Counted from the stretch's first letter, positions 52,071-61,982 are shown. The stretch is 64,000 bases of DNA from Alphaproteobacteria bacterium (GCA_964291415.2 OZ219918.1:352001-416000), one strand, 5' to 3'. Numbers and translations are program-made. Notes: generated from the letters alone by a model not told the origin.

Positions 52071-52973
52071 TCAATGCCGGCTCGGCTCCCCCAGTACCGC
52101 GGTCTTGAAGACGCTTGAATCCTCCACGTACTCGCCGCCTTCCGGCGCGGCCGGCATGACATCGGCGAACCTGTCCTCGAGCACGACATGGGGGTCCTGC
52201 CCCTCGACCCAGCCGAGGAAGATGTCGTGCAGATGGTAGCCGATCAGGTGCTGGACATCTTCGCGCAGGCCGCGGGCGACGGCGGGTGGAACGGCAAGAT
52301 ACTGGTTTTCTTCCTGGCGCAGCCAGCCGAGGCTGTATCCGGTGATCGCTCCGGTGCGGTGCTCGTTGGCGGTGACATTCTGTCCGCCGCCGTGGAACAC
52401 CGAACCGAGATAGATGAGACACGAACCTTTGGGCATCACGGCGTAGGCGATCCTGGAATTGTCGTCGGGGTAGGTGTCGTCGTCCCAGAGGTGGCTGCCG
52501 GGAACGACATTGGTGGCGCCGTTGTCGACCGTGAAGTCCGACAGCGCCCACATGGTATTGCACAGGCACTGGGGTCCGGGGTGGCGGAAGGGTATGAGGC
52601 CATCGTCGCGATGCACGATCTGGCGTCCCTCGCCGGGAGCGATTCTCACCGCCTGGGTCACGTGAAGATGATAGCGTTCGCAACGGGGCAGCAACAGGCG
52701 ATCCATGACCGCGAGAATCTGCGGCGCCGTGGCGAGTTCCTCTCCGTAGGTCTTGGACTTGGCGATCAGCGAACTCACGCGCCGCGTCTTGCGTCCCCAG
52801 AATTCGCCTTCGCCGAAGTAGGCCCGGCCGAGGTAGGGTTCGAGTTCCTCGTTGACCCGGTCCATGACGTCGTCATCGACGAGACTGCGGAAGATGACCG
52901 CTCCGTCTTCCTCGAGAATGGCCATCGCCTCATCGGTGGATGCATCGCGCTCGAGGGATCTTACCTCGTCCAT
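52071..52973 (-). CDS. Phytanoyl-CoA dioxygenase (PhyH)-family protein
   Basis: VHRDD, NGATNVVPGSHLW, FHGGGQN, GWLRQEENQYL. Confidence 0.9.
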   Translation of the reverse strand: MDEVRSLERDASTDEAMAILEEDGAVIFRSLVDDDVMDRVNEELEPYLGRAYFGEGEFWGRKTRRVSSLIAKSKTYGEELATAPQILAVMDRLLLPRCERYHLHVTQAVRIAPGEGRQIVHRDDGLIPFRHPGPQCLCNTMWALSDFTVDNGATNVVPGSHLWDDDTYPDDNSRIAYAVMPKGSCLIYLGSVFHGGGQNVTANEHRTGAITGYSLGWLRQEENQYLAVPPAVARGLREDVQHLIGYHLHDIFLGWVEGQDPHVVLEDRFADVMPAAPEGGEYVEDSSVFKTAVLGEPSRH

Positions 52974-53414
52974 GCCTGACTCCGTCCTCTCCCTTTCATC
53001 CTACTCCCTCGGCAAAGCCGGGTCACGCCGCCGCCGAACCAGGACGCAGCTCAAGCTCCACGGTCCGCTGCTGTTGAGCCCGCGGAGGCCGCGATGCTCT
53101 GCCGGTCGAAAAACGCCGCTTCAACAACGAGCACGTTCGTGTCATGCCGGGGTGGAAGGCGCGCTGCCCTTCAACTGTGGGATTGGACGGACGACGAACA
53201 CAGCACCAGTGCCTGATCAAGGAGACGTGCGGTACCTGCGCGCTCAAGCACTCTGTGGCGAGAAAATCCACTGGCCGCCGAAGAAGCCGCGGGTTATTCG
53301 AGGGTTCGTTGGCACACGTCGGAAGCGGGCAGCTATTACCAGCCCTTCGCAACGGCGAGAAACGGATAGGAGATGGCGGCCGCCTCAAGCCCGATCAAGA
53401 CCTCAAGCGTTCGC

Positions 53415-54326
53415 ATGAGCCCGGATGACGCCCGAATGGAAGCGGCGATCATCTTCGATTCGCACTTGCCCGATGCGCTTGGCCGCGCTCTCGACTACGC
53501 GGGCGAAGAGGGCTTCGTGGCATCCCTGCCGCAGCTGCTGCGCGCCCGTACCGACGCGCCTTACGACAACGAGATCTGGAACATCCACGCCTTTACCTCC
53601 AACTCCGAGGAAAGCGTGGTCAGGACGCGACAAGACAACCACGTGGCGGTGATTGTCCATGGTGGCGGAATCTTCGCGTCCCCCGAGCGGTTTCGCAAGC
53701 TCTATCGGGCGAGCACCAGCCGCCATTCGGAATTCGGCTTCACCGGCCTGTTCGGCGCCAAGATCAGCGAAGCGGAAGCCTCGGCCCTTCTCGACGGCCG
53801 GCTGCCCGATGGCACCGATATCCCGGTGCTCTCATACGACGAGCTCAAGAGGGCGACCTCCGGTCTGCCGCGGCGCTATGGCGTGGTGCTGGACTTCGAT
53901 ACGGCCAGGACTTCGGCCAACGGCAACATCGCCTTCGATGCTCTCAAGGACGACCCTGTGATGATCGCCCGCGCCGGCGGAGTCGAAGCGGCCGAGACGT
54001 ACCTCGACAGGGCGAGGGATCGAGGGACCGCGAGCGTGATGGGCAGTTGGCACTGCTTCGGCGACGTTGATCCCGATCAGCCCCAGACGCGCGTCTTGTT
54101 CCTCGGCGGCACGGAAGGCGGCGCCGAGATGGAAGTCCGCCGTGCCCTTCCGGACAAGGAACGGGGCTACGTCGGCATCTGGGGGACCCACTACCGGATG
54201 CCGATTGAGGCGGAGTTCGGTATCCGCGGAGATACCAGCATGATCAATGTGGCGCGCTACGTTGCCGTCGCTCCGCGGAACCCGTCGACGAGTTTGCGCG
54301 ACCTTCCCTTCACGGGCTGGACTTGA
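53415..54326 (+). CDS. Hypothetical protein, paralog 1 of a tandem pair
   Basis: Long ORF collinear with the downstream ORF over its whole length; start uncertain (53373, 53415 or 53436). Confidence 0.85.
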   Translation: MSPDDARMEAAIIFDSHLPDALGRALDYAGEEGFVASLPQLLRARTDAPYDNEIWNIHAFTSNSEESVVRTRQDNHVAVIVHGGGIFASPERFRKLYRASTSRHSEFGFTGLFGAKISEAEASALLDGRLPDGTDIPVLSYDELKRATSGLPRRYGVVLDFDTARTSANGNIAFDALKDDPVMIARAGGVEAAETYLDRARDRGTASVMGSWHCFGDVDPDQPQTRVLFLGGTEGGAEMEVRRALPDKERGYVGIWGTHYRMPIEAEFGIRGDTSMINVARYVAVAPRNPSTSLRDLPFTGWT

Positions 54327-54361
54327 TCACAATCCACCATATGCGAAAGGACGACATCACC

Positions 54362-55213
54362 ATGGCCGAGATCAGGATGGAAGCAGAGATCGTCTTCGAT
54401 ACCCACGTTCCAACTGCTTTGCGGCGGGCCCTGGACTATGCCGGCGAGGAGGGTTTCGTGGCGTCCTTGCCGCAGCTGTTGCACGCCCGCGCGAATGCGC
54501 CATACGACAACATCATCTGGAACACCTGGTTCACCTCCTACACGGAGGAGAACGTGGTCACGACCCCCCGGGGGACCCATGTCATCGTCGTGGTCCATGG
54601 CGGGGGAATCTATGCCTCGCCGGAGCGCTTCGAGCGAACCTATCGGGCGAGCGTCGACCGCAACAGCCCGGAGGGGTTTACAGGGCAGTACTCCGGGAAG
54701 CTGTCGCCCAGGGAGGCCAGCGACGTTCTGAATGGCCGGCTGCCGGACGGCACCGAGATTCCGATCTACCCCTTCGACGAATTCAGGCGGGGGATCTCGA
54801 ACCTGCCTCGGCGTTACGGTGTCGTCCTCGACTTCGAACTGGCGCGCCAGTCGACCCGCGGCTTCGATACCTTCGAAGTCCTGAGGGACGAGCCGAACCT
54901 GATCGCCCGCGCCGGCGGCCCGGAACCTTTGGCTGCCTACCTCGACAAGGCGCAAGCCCGCCGCAACACCAGAGTGATGGGCAACTGGCACCCCTACAAC
55001 CGGATCGATCCGAGCCAGCCTCAGACCCGTGTCGTGTTTCTGGCCGGCAATCAAGGCGGCGTGGGATCCGAGGATGACGACGACGATGACTATGGCTACG
55101 ACGCGGAGTATGGCATCGGCGGTGATGCCTGCATTCACAACATGGCCCGTTACGTTGCAGTGGCGCCCCGCGATGTCACGACGAGCCTGCGGAATCTGGA
55201 CTTCGAGACCTGA
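54362..55213 (+). CDS. Hypothetical protein, paralog 2 of a tandem pair
   Basis: AAAGGA RBS; shares RALDYAGEEGFVASLPQLL, VHGGGI.ASPERF, GRLPDGT, LPRRYGVVLDF, QPQTRV and ARYVAVAPR with paralog 1. Confidence 0.88.
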   Translation: MAEIRMEAEIVFDTHVPTALRRALDYAGEEGFVASLPQLLHARANAPYDNIIWNTWFTSYTEENVVTTPRGTHVIVVVHGGGIYASPERFERTYRASVDRNSPEGFTGQYSGKLSPREASDVLNGRLPDGTEIPIYPFDEFRRGISNLPRRYGVVLDFELARQSTRGFDTFEVLRDEPNLIARAGGPEPLAAYLDKAQARRNTRVMGNWHPYNRIDPSQPQTRVVFLAGNQGGVGSEDDDDDDYGYDAEYGIGGDACIHNMARYVAVAPRDVTTSLRNLDFET

Positions 55214-55428
55214 ACGACAGCTCTGAGACGGCCGAGCCGGGGCCACCACCGATCGATTTGTGTCATGCGACGGTCAAGTGCCTCGGTGGTGACCGGATTG
55301 CCGACCGGATGGTGGTCGGAGCGAACGTCGCCGCGGGGCCGTCGCCCCAGCCGTTCGTCGGACTGGAGGTTTACGCCCGGCTGGCGTGGTACAGGTGAAG
55401 TCGACGGGCAGAAGCGTGAGGCCGGGGA

Positions 55429-56256
55429 ATGCGCAACAGACTTTTTGTCCTGGATCTGGGCCGCATGCGCATGGCGCGCCGGAGCTTCCTGGGCGACCTC
55501 GCGAACGACGATCCGGCGGCGGCCGAAATGGTAACCTTCCCGGTCTCCGCCTACCTGATCGATGGGCCAGAGGGGCGCATCCTCTACGACACCGGGTGCC
55601 ACCCCGAGGCGATGACGCCGGACGGTCGCTGGTCTGGGTCCTTTCAAGCTGACTTTCCCTGGGAGCCAGGACCGGACGGCGAAGCCTGCCAGTTGCCCAA
55701 CCGTCTGGAGCAGCTGGGACTCGGCCCCGATGACATCAGGCACGTGGTGCTCTCCCACATGCACTCGGATCACGCCGGGTGCGTCGAGTTCTTCCGAAAG
55801 TCCCAGATCATCGTCCACCGTGCCGAGATGGATCTGGCGCGCGCCTATCACCGGCGCCGGGACCCCGACAGCTCCTATGCCTGGAAGGACGTCGCCCAGT
55901 GGCTCGCGCTGGACCTCGACTGGCGTTTTGTCGAGGATCACGAACGTGAACTGGTCCTGAGCGAGGCAATCACGCTGCTGAACTGGGGAGCCGGCCACTC
56001 GGCGGGAATGCTGGGACTCGAGGTCGATCTGGAAGAGACCGGAGCCGTGATTCTCGCCTCCGACGCCGTCTTCACCCTGGAGAACTTTGGCCCACCGGCT
56101 CGACCCTCGGGATATCCCCTGGCACCGGGCAAGGCCGCGCGCACCGTCGAAACGATCCGCACCCGCGCCCGGCGCCTGAACGCGAAAGTATGGTGCGGCC
56201 ACGACATGGCGCAGTTCATGAACCTCCGGCACTCGACGGAAGGCTGCTACGAGTGA
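55429..56256 (+). CDS. N-acyl homoserine lactonase-family metallo-beta-lactamase (AiiA/AttM-like)
   Basis: LYDTGC, SHMHSDHAG (HxHxDH), GHSAG, LASDA, GHD, STEGCYE C-terminus. Confidence 0.87.
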   Translation: MRNRLFVLDLGRMRMARRSFLGDLANDDPAAAEMVTFPVSAYLIDGPEGRILYDTGCHPEAMTPDGRWSGSFQADFPWEPGPDGEACQLPNRLEQLGLGPDDIRHVVLSHMHSDHAGCVEFFRKSQIIVHRAEMDLARAYHRRRDPDSSYAWKDVAQWLALDLDWRFVEDHERELVLSEAITLLNWGAGHSAGMLGLEVDLEETGAVILASDAVFTLENFGPPARPSGYPLAPGKAARTVETIRTRARRLNAKVWCGHDMAQFMNLRHSTEGCYE

Positions 56257-56642
56257 CGCGTGGTCATACCCGTGGAGGAGCTGTCTTGCGGAAAGACAGC
56301 CGGCTGGATTGACCAATCGCTCCGACACGCATTCAGAGGGAAGCGGTCCGCGAAGCCAGCGACATTGATGAACGGCGCCTGCCTCTCGGACAGTGTCTGT
56401 CTGGCCATCCATCGCCCGCCATTCGCATCGAAGGTCGCGAAGGGTGGTCCCGGTTCGCATTCAGCCATTCCATGGGGGGTGCAAGACTGTTCTGGACCAC
56501 GTGACTGCATGGCGACGAGATGGATTGGTCCTTCGTGTGCCTGGGAAAGCGGACAATCGAGTCAATTGCTGCGAGCGAAGGAACCTCCCGGAGACTGCAA
56601 CAGCTTTGCGAACCGGGACGAGGTGACGTAGGTGTTTCGGCG

Positions 56643-57224
56643 ATGTTCGAGCGCCTCTACGCCAGGACCATGGATCTTGCCGCCAGCCGTCATGCGGTCT
56701 GGTGGCTGCTGGCGCTCGCCGTCGCCGAGGCTTCCTTCTTCCCGGTGCCCGTCGAGGCCCTGCTCCTGCCGATGATGTTCGCGACGCCCTCCAGGGCCTG
56801 GTTTCTTGCCCTTCTCGCCACAGTCGGAACCGTGGTGGGCGGTGTCACGGGCTACGTCATCGGGCTGTTTCTCCAGGATGCCGTCGCCTGGCCCGTCCTC
56901 GAGTTCTACGGTTACACGGAGGTCTACGCGGAGTACGCCGAGCTCTACAACGTGTGGGGAGTCTGGATTGTCCTGGCCGGCGGATTCACGCCGATTCCCT
57001 ACAAGGTGGTGACCCTGGCGTCCGGCGCCATGCACCTCGACATCTGGGTCTTCGTCGCCGCCTCCGCCGTCTCGCGCGGCCTGCGGTTCGCTATCGAGGC
57101 GGCACTGCTGTCGTGGTTTGCCGTACCGGTACGCGGCCTCGTGGAACGCCACCTTACCCTGGCGGGCCTGGCCATGCTGGTTGCGCTGATTGCCGGTTTC
57201 GTCGCCATCAAGTGGTTCTTGTAG
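56643..57224 (+). CDS. YqaA/DedA-family membrane protein
   Basis: EASFFPVP, FTPIPYKV, SRGLRF. Confidence 0.9.
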   Translation: MFERLYARTMDLAASRHAVWWLLALAVAEASFFPVPVEALLLPMMFATPSRAWFLALLATVGTVVGGVTGYVIGLFLQDAVAWPVLEFYGYTEVYAEYAELYNVWGVWIVLAGGFTPIPYKVVTLASGAMHLDIWVFVAASAVSRGLRFAIEAALLSWFAVPVRGLVERHLTLAGLAMLVALIAGFVAIKWFL

Positions 57225-57257
57225 GAATCCGTGGAGCGGCGTCATACTCGCACTTCG

Positions 57258-57758
57258 ATGACCGTCCTCTCTCCCATGGTGCCATGGCAACGCCCCAGGC
57301 TGCTTGCCGGCCTGCTCGGCCTCGCCAGTGCCGCCTGCCTCGCCACAGCCTTCTGGTTCCAGTACGTGGCGGGCCTCGAGCCCTGCCCCCTGTGCATCGA
57401 CCAGCGCTGGGCCCACGGCGCATCCATTGCCGTTGCGGCCGCCTCGGTTGCTGTCATGACGCCGGGGCGGGCGCCGATCATGCTGGCGGCCCTTGCCCTT
57501 GCCTTCCTTGCCGGAACCGCTATCGCCGCCTGGCACGTCATGGTTGAATGGCACTGGGTGGCGTCGCCGGGGTGCAGCCCGCCGGAGTTCGGGGACATGT
57601 CGATCGATTCCTTTCTCTCCATTGAAGTCGTGCGGTGCGACGAGGTCGCGTGGTCGATGGCAGGCGTGTCCATGGCCGGGTGGAACGCCATTGTTTCCTT
57701 CATGCTGGCCGCCGTCGCCATCACCGGTTGTCTGGCGTCGTTGCGGGGACTGAAGTGA
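57258..57758 (+). CDS. dsbB: Disulfide bond formation protein B
   Basis: PCPLCIDQR, second Cys pair (GC...RCD), SMAGWN. Confidence 0.85.
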   Translation: MTVLSPMVPWQRPRLLAGLLGLASAACLATAFWFQYVAGLEPCPLCIDQRWAHGASIAVAAASVAVMTPGRAPIMLAALALAFLAGTAIAAWHVMVEWHWVASPGCSPPEFGDMSIDSFLSIEVVRCDEVAWSMAGVSMAGWNAIVSFMLAAVAITGCLASLRGLK

Positions 57759-58315
57759 CGGCAGGACGGCATACCCGCGATGGACTCCTGCCCGGTGACG
57801 GCACGGTGCGCGACACCGTCAATGCCATGATCCGGGTCGACCATGCCGGAGAATTCGGCGCCAGGCGGATCTATGACGGGCAGCTGGCCGTGCTCGGCGA
57901 CACCAAGGCAGGCAAGATCATTCGCCGCATGGCGGAACAGGAACAGAAACACCTCGACCGTTTCGACGAACTGATCGTCGCACGGCGGGTCCGGCCGACC
58001 GTGCTCTCGCCGCTTTGGCATATGGCGGGCTTTGCGCTTGGCGTTGGTTCCGCTCTTCTGGGGCCCCGTGCCGCCATGGCGTGCACCGAAGCCGTCGAGA
58101 GCGTCATCAGCGAGCACTACGCCGATCAGGCCCGGCGCCTGGGAGACGACGAGGCGGACCTCAGGGCCACCATCGAGGAGTTTCGCCAGGACGAGATGTC
58201 CCATCACGATACCGCCCTGGAGCACGGTGCTCGCGAGGCGCCCGCGCACACCCTTCTCACCGGTGCCATCCGCCGCGGCACACGCCTTGCCATCCGCCTG
58301 TCGACCAGGTTGTGA
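57755..58315 (+). CDS. coq7: Demethoxyubiquinone hydroxylase (di-iron)
   Basis: MIRVDHAGEFGA, IYDGQ, EQEQKH, AMACTEAVE, DEMSH. Confidence 0.92.
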   Translation: MTAGRHTRDGLLPGDGTVRDTVNAMIRVDHAGEFGARRIYDGQLAVLGDTKAGKIIRRMAEQEQKHLDRFDELIVARRVRPTVLSPLWHMAGFALGVGSALLGPRAAMACTEAVESVISEHYADQARRLGDDEADLRATIEEFRQDEMSHHDTALEHGAREAPAHTLLTGAIRRGTRLAIRLSTRL

Positions 58316-58390
58316 CATGGTGGTCCGGGTTCGCCCGGACCACGCCCCGCCACGTTGCCGGTCCTTCGGCCAGGCCCGGACGCGAGGGTA

Positions 58391-59008
58391 TCAATCCGAG
58401 ACGAGTTCGCTGTCCCAGTAGAGGTAGTCGCGCCAGTGCTCGTGAAGAAAGTTTGGCGGAAATGACTGTCCGTTGCGGCGCAGCTGGAAGGTCGTCGGCG
58501 CAACCGGTCTGGCGAGAGGAAACATCCGGGCCTCGCCCGGCATCCTGTTGCCTTTTGCCATGTTGCAGGTCCGGCACGCCGTCACGACATTGCTCCAGGA
58601 AGCCCGGCCGCCTCGCGAGCGGGGGATCACGTGGTCGAACGTGAGGTCACGGGTCTCGAAGCGCAATCCGCAGTACTGGCATGAGAACCGGTCGCGCAGG
58701 AACACGTTGAACCGGGTGAAGGCCGGCCGCTTGTTGAGCGGGATGTAGCTGCGCAGGGCGATGACGCTGGGAAGCCGCATCTCGAATGACGGCGAGCGGA
58801 CCGTGTGATCGTAGGCGCTCACGGTCTCCACGCGATCGAGAAACACCGCCTTGACCGCCTCCTGCCACGGCCAGACCGAAAGCGGGAAGTAGCTCAGCGG
58901 CTTGTAGTCCGCATTGAGGACCAGAGCCGGACATGTCTGGAGCGATACCACTGGCAGTGTTTCCGGAGGTGAGAAATCCAAAATATTGGCGTCATTCGGC
59001 GGCATCAT
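58391..59008 (-). CDS. HNH endonuclease
   Basis: ALVLNADY, RDRFSCQYCG, DHVIPRSRGG, WSNVVTACRTCN; start uncertain. Confidence 0.9.
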   Translation of the reverse strand: MMPPNDANILDFSPPETLPVVSLQTCPALVLNADYKPLSYFPLSVWPWQEAVKAVFLDRVETVSAYDHTVRSPSFEMRLPSVIALRSYIPLNKRPAFTRFNVFLRDRFSCQYCGLRFETRDLTFDHVIPRSRGGRASWSNVVTACRTCNMAKGNRMPGEARMFPLARPVAPTTFQLRRNGQSFPPNFLHEHWRDYLYWDSELVSD

Positions 59009-59168
59009 AGCGGCTGGCGGCCAGATGTTAACCCTCGGGATTCCGTTCCCTTGAGATGACGTGACGACGGTGATGTCCTGCCACGGGCCATGGACTCAAT
59101 CCGTCCATCCGTCATATCAGTTTCATGGCCCCGGATTCGGGTCATGCAACGACAAGGGGAAGAGGCTG

Positions 59169-60392
59169 ATGGCCCTGGCGCTCGACGGCATTGTGGTTCT
59201 CGATCTTTCACGCATTCTCGCCGGTCCCTGGTGCACCCAGATCCTTGCCGATCTGGGGGCGACCGTGATCAAGGTCGAGAGGCCGGGAACCGGTGACGAC
59301 ACCCGTGCCTGGGGACCGCCCTACCTGAAGGACGGCGCCGGCGAGGACACTACGGAGGCGGCATACTACCTTGCGGCCAACCGCGGAAAGCAGTCGCTGA
59401 CGCTCAACATCGCGACACCCCGGGGGAAGGCCATCGCCCGCGAACTGGCCGCAAGGGCCGATATCCTGGTCGAGAACTACAAGGTCGGCGGTCTCGAAAA
59501 GTACGGTCTCGACTATCCCGCTCTTCGTTCCCTCAACCCCGGGCTCATCTACTGTTCGATCACGGGCTTCGGGCAGACGGGCCCCTATGCGGCGCGGGCC
59601 GGCTACGACTTCGTCATCCAGGGCCTGTGCGGTTTCATGTCGGTCACCGGGGAACGCGACGACCTGCCGGGCGGCGGGCCGCAAAAGGCGGGTGTCGCCA
59701 TCACCGACCTGACCACCGGCCTCTACAGCGCCATCGCCATTCTGGCCGCTCTCAATCACCGGCACGCGACCGGCGAGGGACAGTACATCGACATGGCGCT
59801 CTCGGACTGCGCCGTGGCGCTCATGGCCAACATGAACATGAACTACCTGACCACAGGAGTTGCGCCGAAGCGCTACGGCAACGCCCACCAGAACCTGCTC
59901 CCCTACCAGGCGTTCGACACGGCCGACGACCCCGTCATCATCGCCATCGGCAACGACACGCAGTTCCGCCGCTGGTGCGGTCTCGCTGACGCGCCGGAAC
60001 TGGCCGACGACGAGCGTTTCGCCACCAATCCGGCACGCATCCGCCATCGTGAACTCCTGGTGGAAAAGGTCGTCGGCCTGATGAAGCGGCGCCCCCGCGC
60101 CTGGTGGGTCGAGCACCTGGAGAGAGAGGGCATTCCCTACGGTGTGGTGAACAACTTCCAACAGGTCTACGAGGACCCGCACATCCAGGCGCGCGGCATG
60201 AAGTTCGACATGGATCACCCGCTCGCCGGTACGGTTCCCCTGGTCCGCAGTCCGGTCAATCTGGAGGGCACGCCTCCCGGCTATCAGCGCCCGCCGCCGC
60301 TCCTGGGCGAACACACCGACACCGTCCTCGGGACGCTGCTCGGCAAGTCGGAGGACGAAATCGCGGATCTCAGGCAAGCCGGCGTCGTGTAG
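59169..60392 (+). CDS. CaiB/BaiF family III CoA-transferase
   Basis: DLSRILAGP, LADLGATVIKVE, GDDTRAWGPP, NRGK, GYD, PPLLGEHT. Confidence 0.94.
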   Translation: MALALDGIVVLDLSRILAGPWCTQILADLGATVIKVERPGTGDDTRAWGPPYLKDGAGEDTTEAAYYLAANRGKQSLTLNIATPRGKAIARELAARADILVENYKVGGLEKYGLDYPALRSLNPGLIYCSITGFGQTGPYAARAGYDFVIQGLCGFMSVTGERDDLPGGGPQKAGVAITDLTTGLYSAIAILAALNHRHATGEGQYIDMALSDCAVALMANMNMNYLTTGVAPKRYGNAHQNLLPYQAFDTADDPVIIAIGNDTQFRRWCGLADAPELADDERFATNPARIRHRELLVEKVVGLMKRRPRAWWVEHLEREGIPYGVVNNFQQVYEDPHIQARGMKFDMDHPLAGTVPLVRSPVNLEGTPPGYQRPPPLLGEHTDTVLGTLLGKSEDEIADLRQAGVV

Positions 60393-60483
60393 CGGCTATC
60401 CGGCGGACCCGGAACCGGACCGGCGTGGCATCACGCCGCCCGGGTCCTTGTTGCCGGCGCCGCCCGTCACGCAGCTTCGGCAG

Positions 60484-60858
60484 TCAGTGACAGGTTTCTG
60501 CCAGGCGCGCGAAATCGCTGTCCGATGTTTCGAGAGTGGCCCCGTGAGACCGGGCACAGGCAGCGATCAGGATGTCCGTAGCAGGCACGGTGACTCCATG
60601 CGCCCTGGCTCGCCGGGCCATATCGTAGGCCATGGTCCAGACCCGGTCATCCACGTCGAGGCTTGGAAGTGTCCTTGCGAACTCCCGAAGTGCCTTGCGC
60701 TCCCGTTCTCCGCGGGCGCCGTTCCACAACTCGAGCTGCACCGGTGGGCACCAGCAGGCGTGACCTCCGGTGAGTGCGGCTATGACACGCTCCCGCACGG
60801 CCGGGTCTCCGTCAGTCCGGAGCAAGTGGATCCAGCTTGATGTATCGATCAGAATCAC
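60484..60858 (-). CDS. vapC: VapC PIN-domain toxin
   Basis: ILIDTS, LEL, ATDILIAA and SDSDF acidic PIN residues. Confidence 0.9.
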   Translation of the reverse strand: MILIDTSSWIHLLRTDGDPAVRERVIAALTGGHACWCPPVQLELWNGARGERERKALREFARTLPSLDVDDRVWTMAYDMARRARAHGVTVPATDILIAACARSHGATLETSDSDFARLAETCH

Positions 60859-60861
60859 GGA

Positions 60862-61066
60862 TCAACGCCGACGGCGCTGGGCCTGAAGTTCCTCTTGCGT
60901 CATCAGATTCTCGCACGTTCCCGCATAGTCGACCAATTCTGGCCATGCGCATGCGACGGTTGAAATCCGCGATGGCGATGACAACGGCCTCGCGCTTCGT
61001 CCGCGCGTTTGTGAAGCGGATTGCATCCTCAAGCTCGGAATCCGGAATATCGATGGTGGTTTTCAT
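60862..61066 (-). pseudogene. vapB: VapB antitoxin with an apparent +1 frameshift near 60943
   Basis: MKTTIDIPD...TKREAV RHH N-terminus; removing one base gives MAELVDYAGTCENLMTQEELQAQRRRR*, ending 3 nt before vapC. Confidence 0.75.
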
Positions 61067-61214
61067 GATGCCAAGATAGGTGCATTGAGGGTGCAAGTCA
61101 AAGTTCGGCACGCATACACTTGTCGGGTCGAACGTCCGACTCCGGTGAAGTGTCCGATCCGCAACTCGGAAAGCACGGCAATGGTTGCAAATGAGCCGAA
61201 ACGGCTTCGCGCTG

Positions 61215-61865
61215 TCAACTGTTCCGCATCGCGTTCTTCAGGAAGTCGGCGGCGAAACCCAGGGATTCGGGGTCGATGCCATGTCCGATGCCCCTTGAGA
61301 CATGCCACTGGACGGGCACGTCGTGCCCGCCGAGCGTGTCGACCGCGCTGTGCAGCATGGCGAAGGGAACGACCTCGTCGGCATCGCCGTGACACAGGAA
61401 GACCGGCGGCCTGCTGACGATCTCCTGGCCCAGGGTCTCTTCCTCGATCAGCATGCCGGAAAACCCCGCCACGGCAGCGGCCGGTTGCCGTCGGCGCAGC
61501 GCCACATGAAGCGCCATCATGCAACCCTGGCTGAATCCCAGAAAGGCAAGGGCCCGGTCGTCGAGACCGAGGCGCTCGAGTTCCGAATCGACCCAGGCGT
61601 TGATCATGTCGCTGGCCCGGTCGATCCCCTGTCGTGCACGATCCGGGCGCCTCTCCATCAGGGAGTACCATTGGCGGCCGGCCGGGTTCTGATCACACCG
61701 GTCGGGAGCATCGGGACTGCTGATCCGGGCCTGGGGAAGGGTTGTCTGCAGGGGCCCGGCAAGACCGATCAGGTCATTGCCGTTCGCACCCCAGCCATGC
61801 AGCAGCACGACAAGCTGGCGTGTTTGCCCCTTTCGGGGCGGCACGGCAGGTCCTGACAGTGGCAT
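61215..61865 (-). CDS. Phospholipase/carboxylesterase
   Basis: LLHGWGA, GFSQG, HGDADEVVP, GHGI. Confidence 0.92.
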   Translation of the reverse strand: MPLSGPAVPPRKGQTRQLVVLLHGWGANGNDLIGLAGPLQTTLPQARISSPDAPDRCDQNPAGRQWYSLMERRPDRARQGIDRASDMINAWVDSELERLGLDDRALAFLGFSQGCMMALHVALRRRQPAAAVAGFSGMLIEEETLGQEIVSRPPVFLCHGDADEVVPFAMLHSAVDTLGGHDVPVQWHVSRGIGHGIDPESLGFAADFLKNAMRNS

Positions 61866-61982
61866 GGCAATCAACTCCCCACACGTTCCGGTCATCTGCC
61901 TAAAGATCGATCCTCTTCCTCGTCGTTGTCCAGACCTTCCATGCAGGTCCGGAGGCTGTATCGTTGACGAGAGGTTCCGTCC

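Noticed and set aside
53150-53300. Cobalamin-riboswitch-like fragment GCTGCCCTTCAACTGT upstream of the paralog pair
   Set aside because: The other B12-element motifs (GGGAA, B12 box) are not in the proper order or spacing
51932-56256. Genomic island integrated at tRNA-Leu containing the paralog pair
   Set aside because: These genes lie 5' of the tRNA, there is no integrase, and the only att-like copy is 88 bp downstream of the tRNA
52974-56642. Complete DGR cassette around the paralog pair
   Set aside because: No reverse transcriptase ORF and no template-repeat copy of either C-terminal region was found by eye in the flanking spacers
58391-59008. HNH nuclease as a mobile or defence element
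   Set aside because: Looks like the widespread stand-alone chromosomal HNH type; no methylase, repeats or mobility genes nearby
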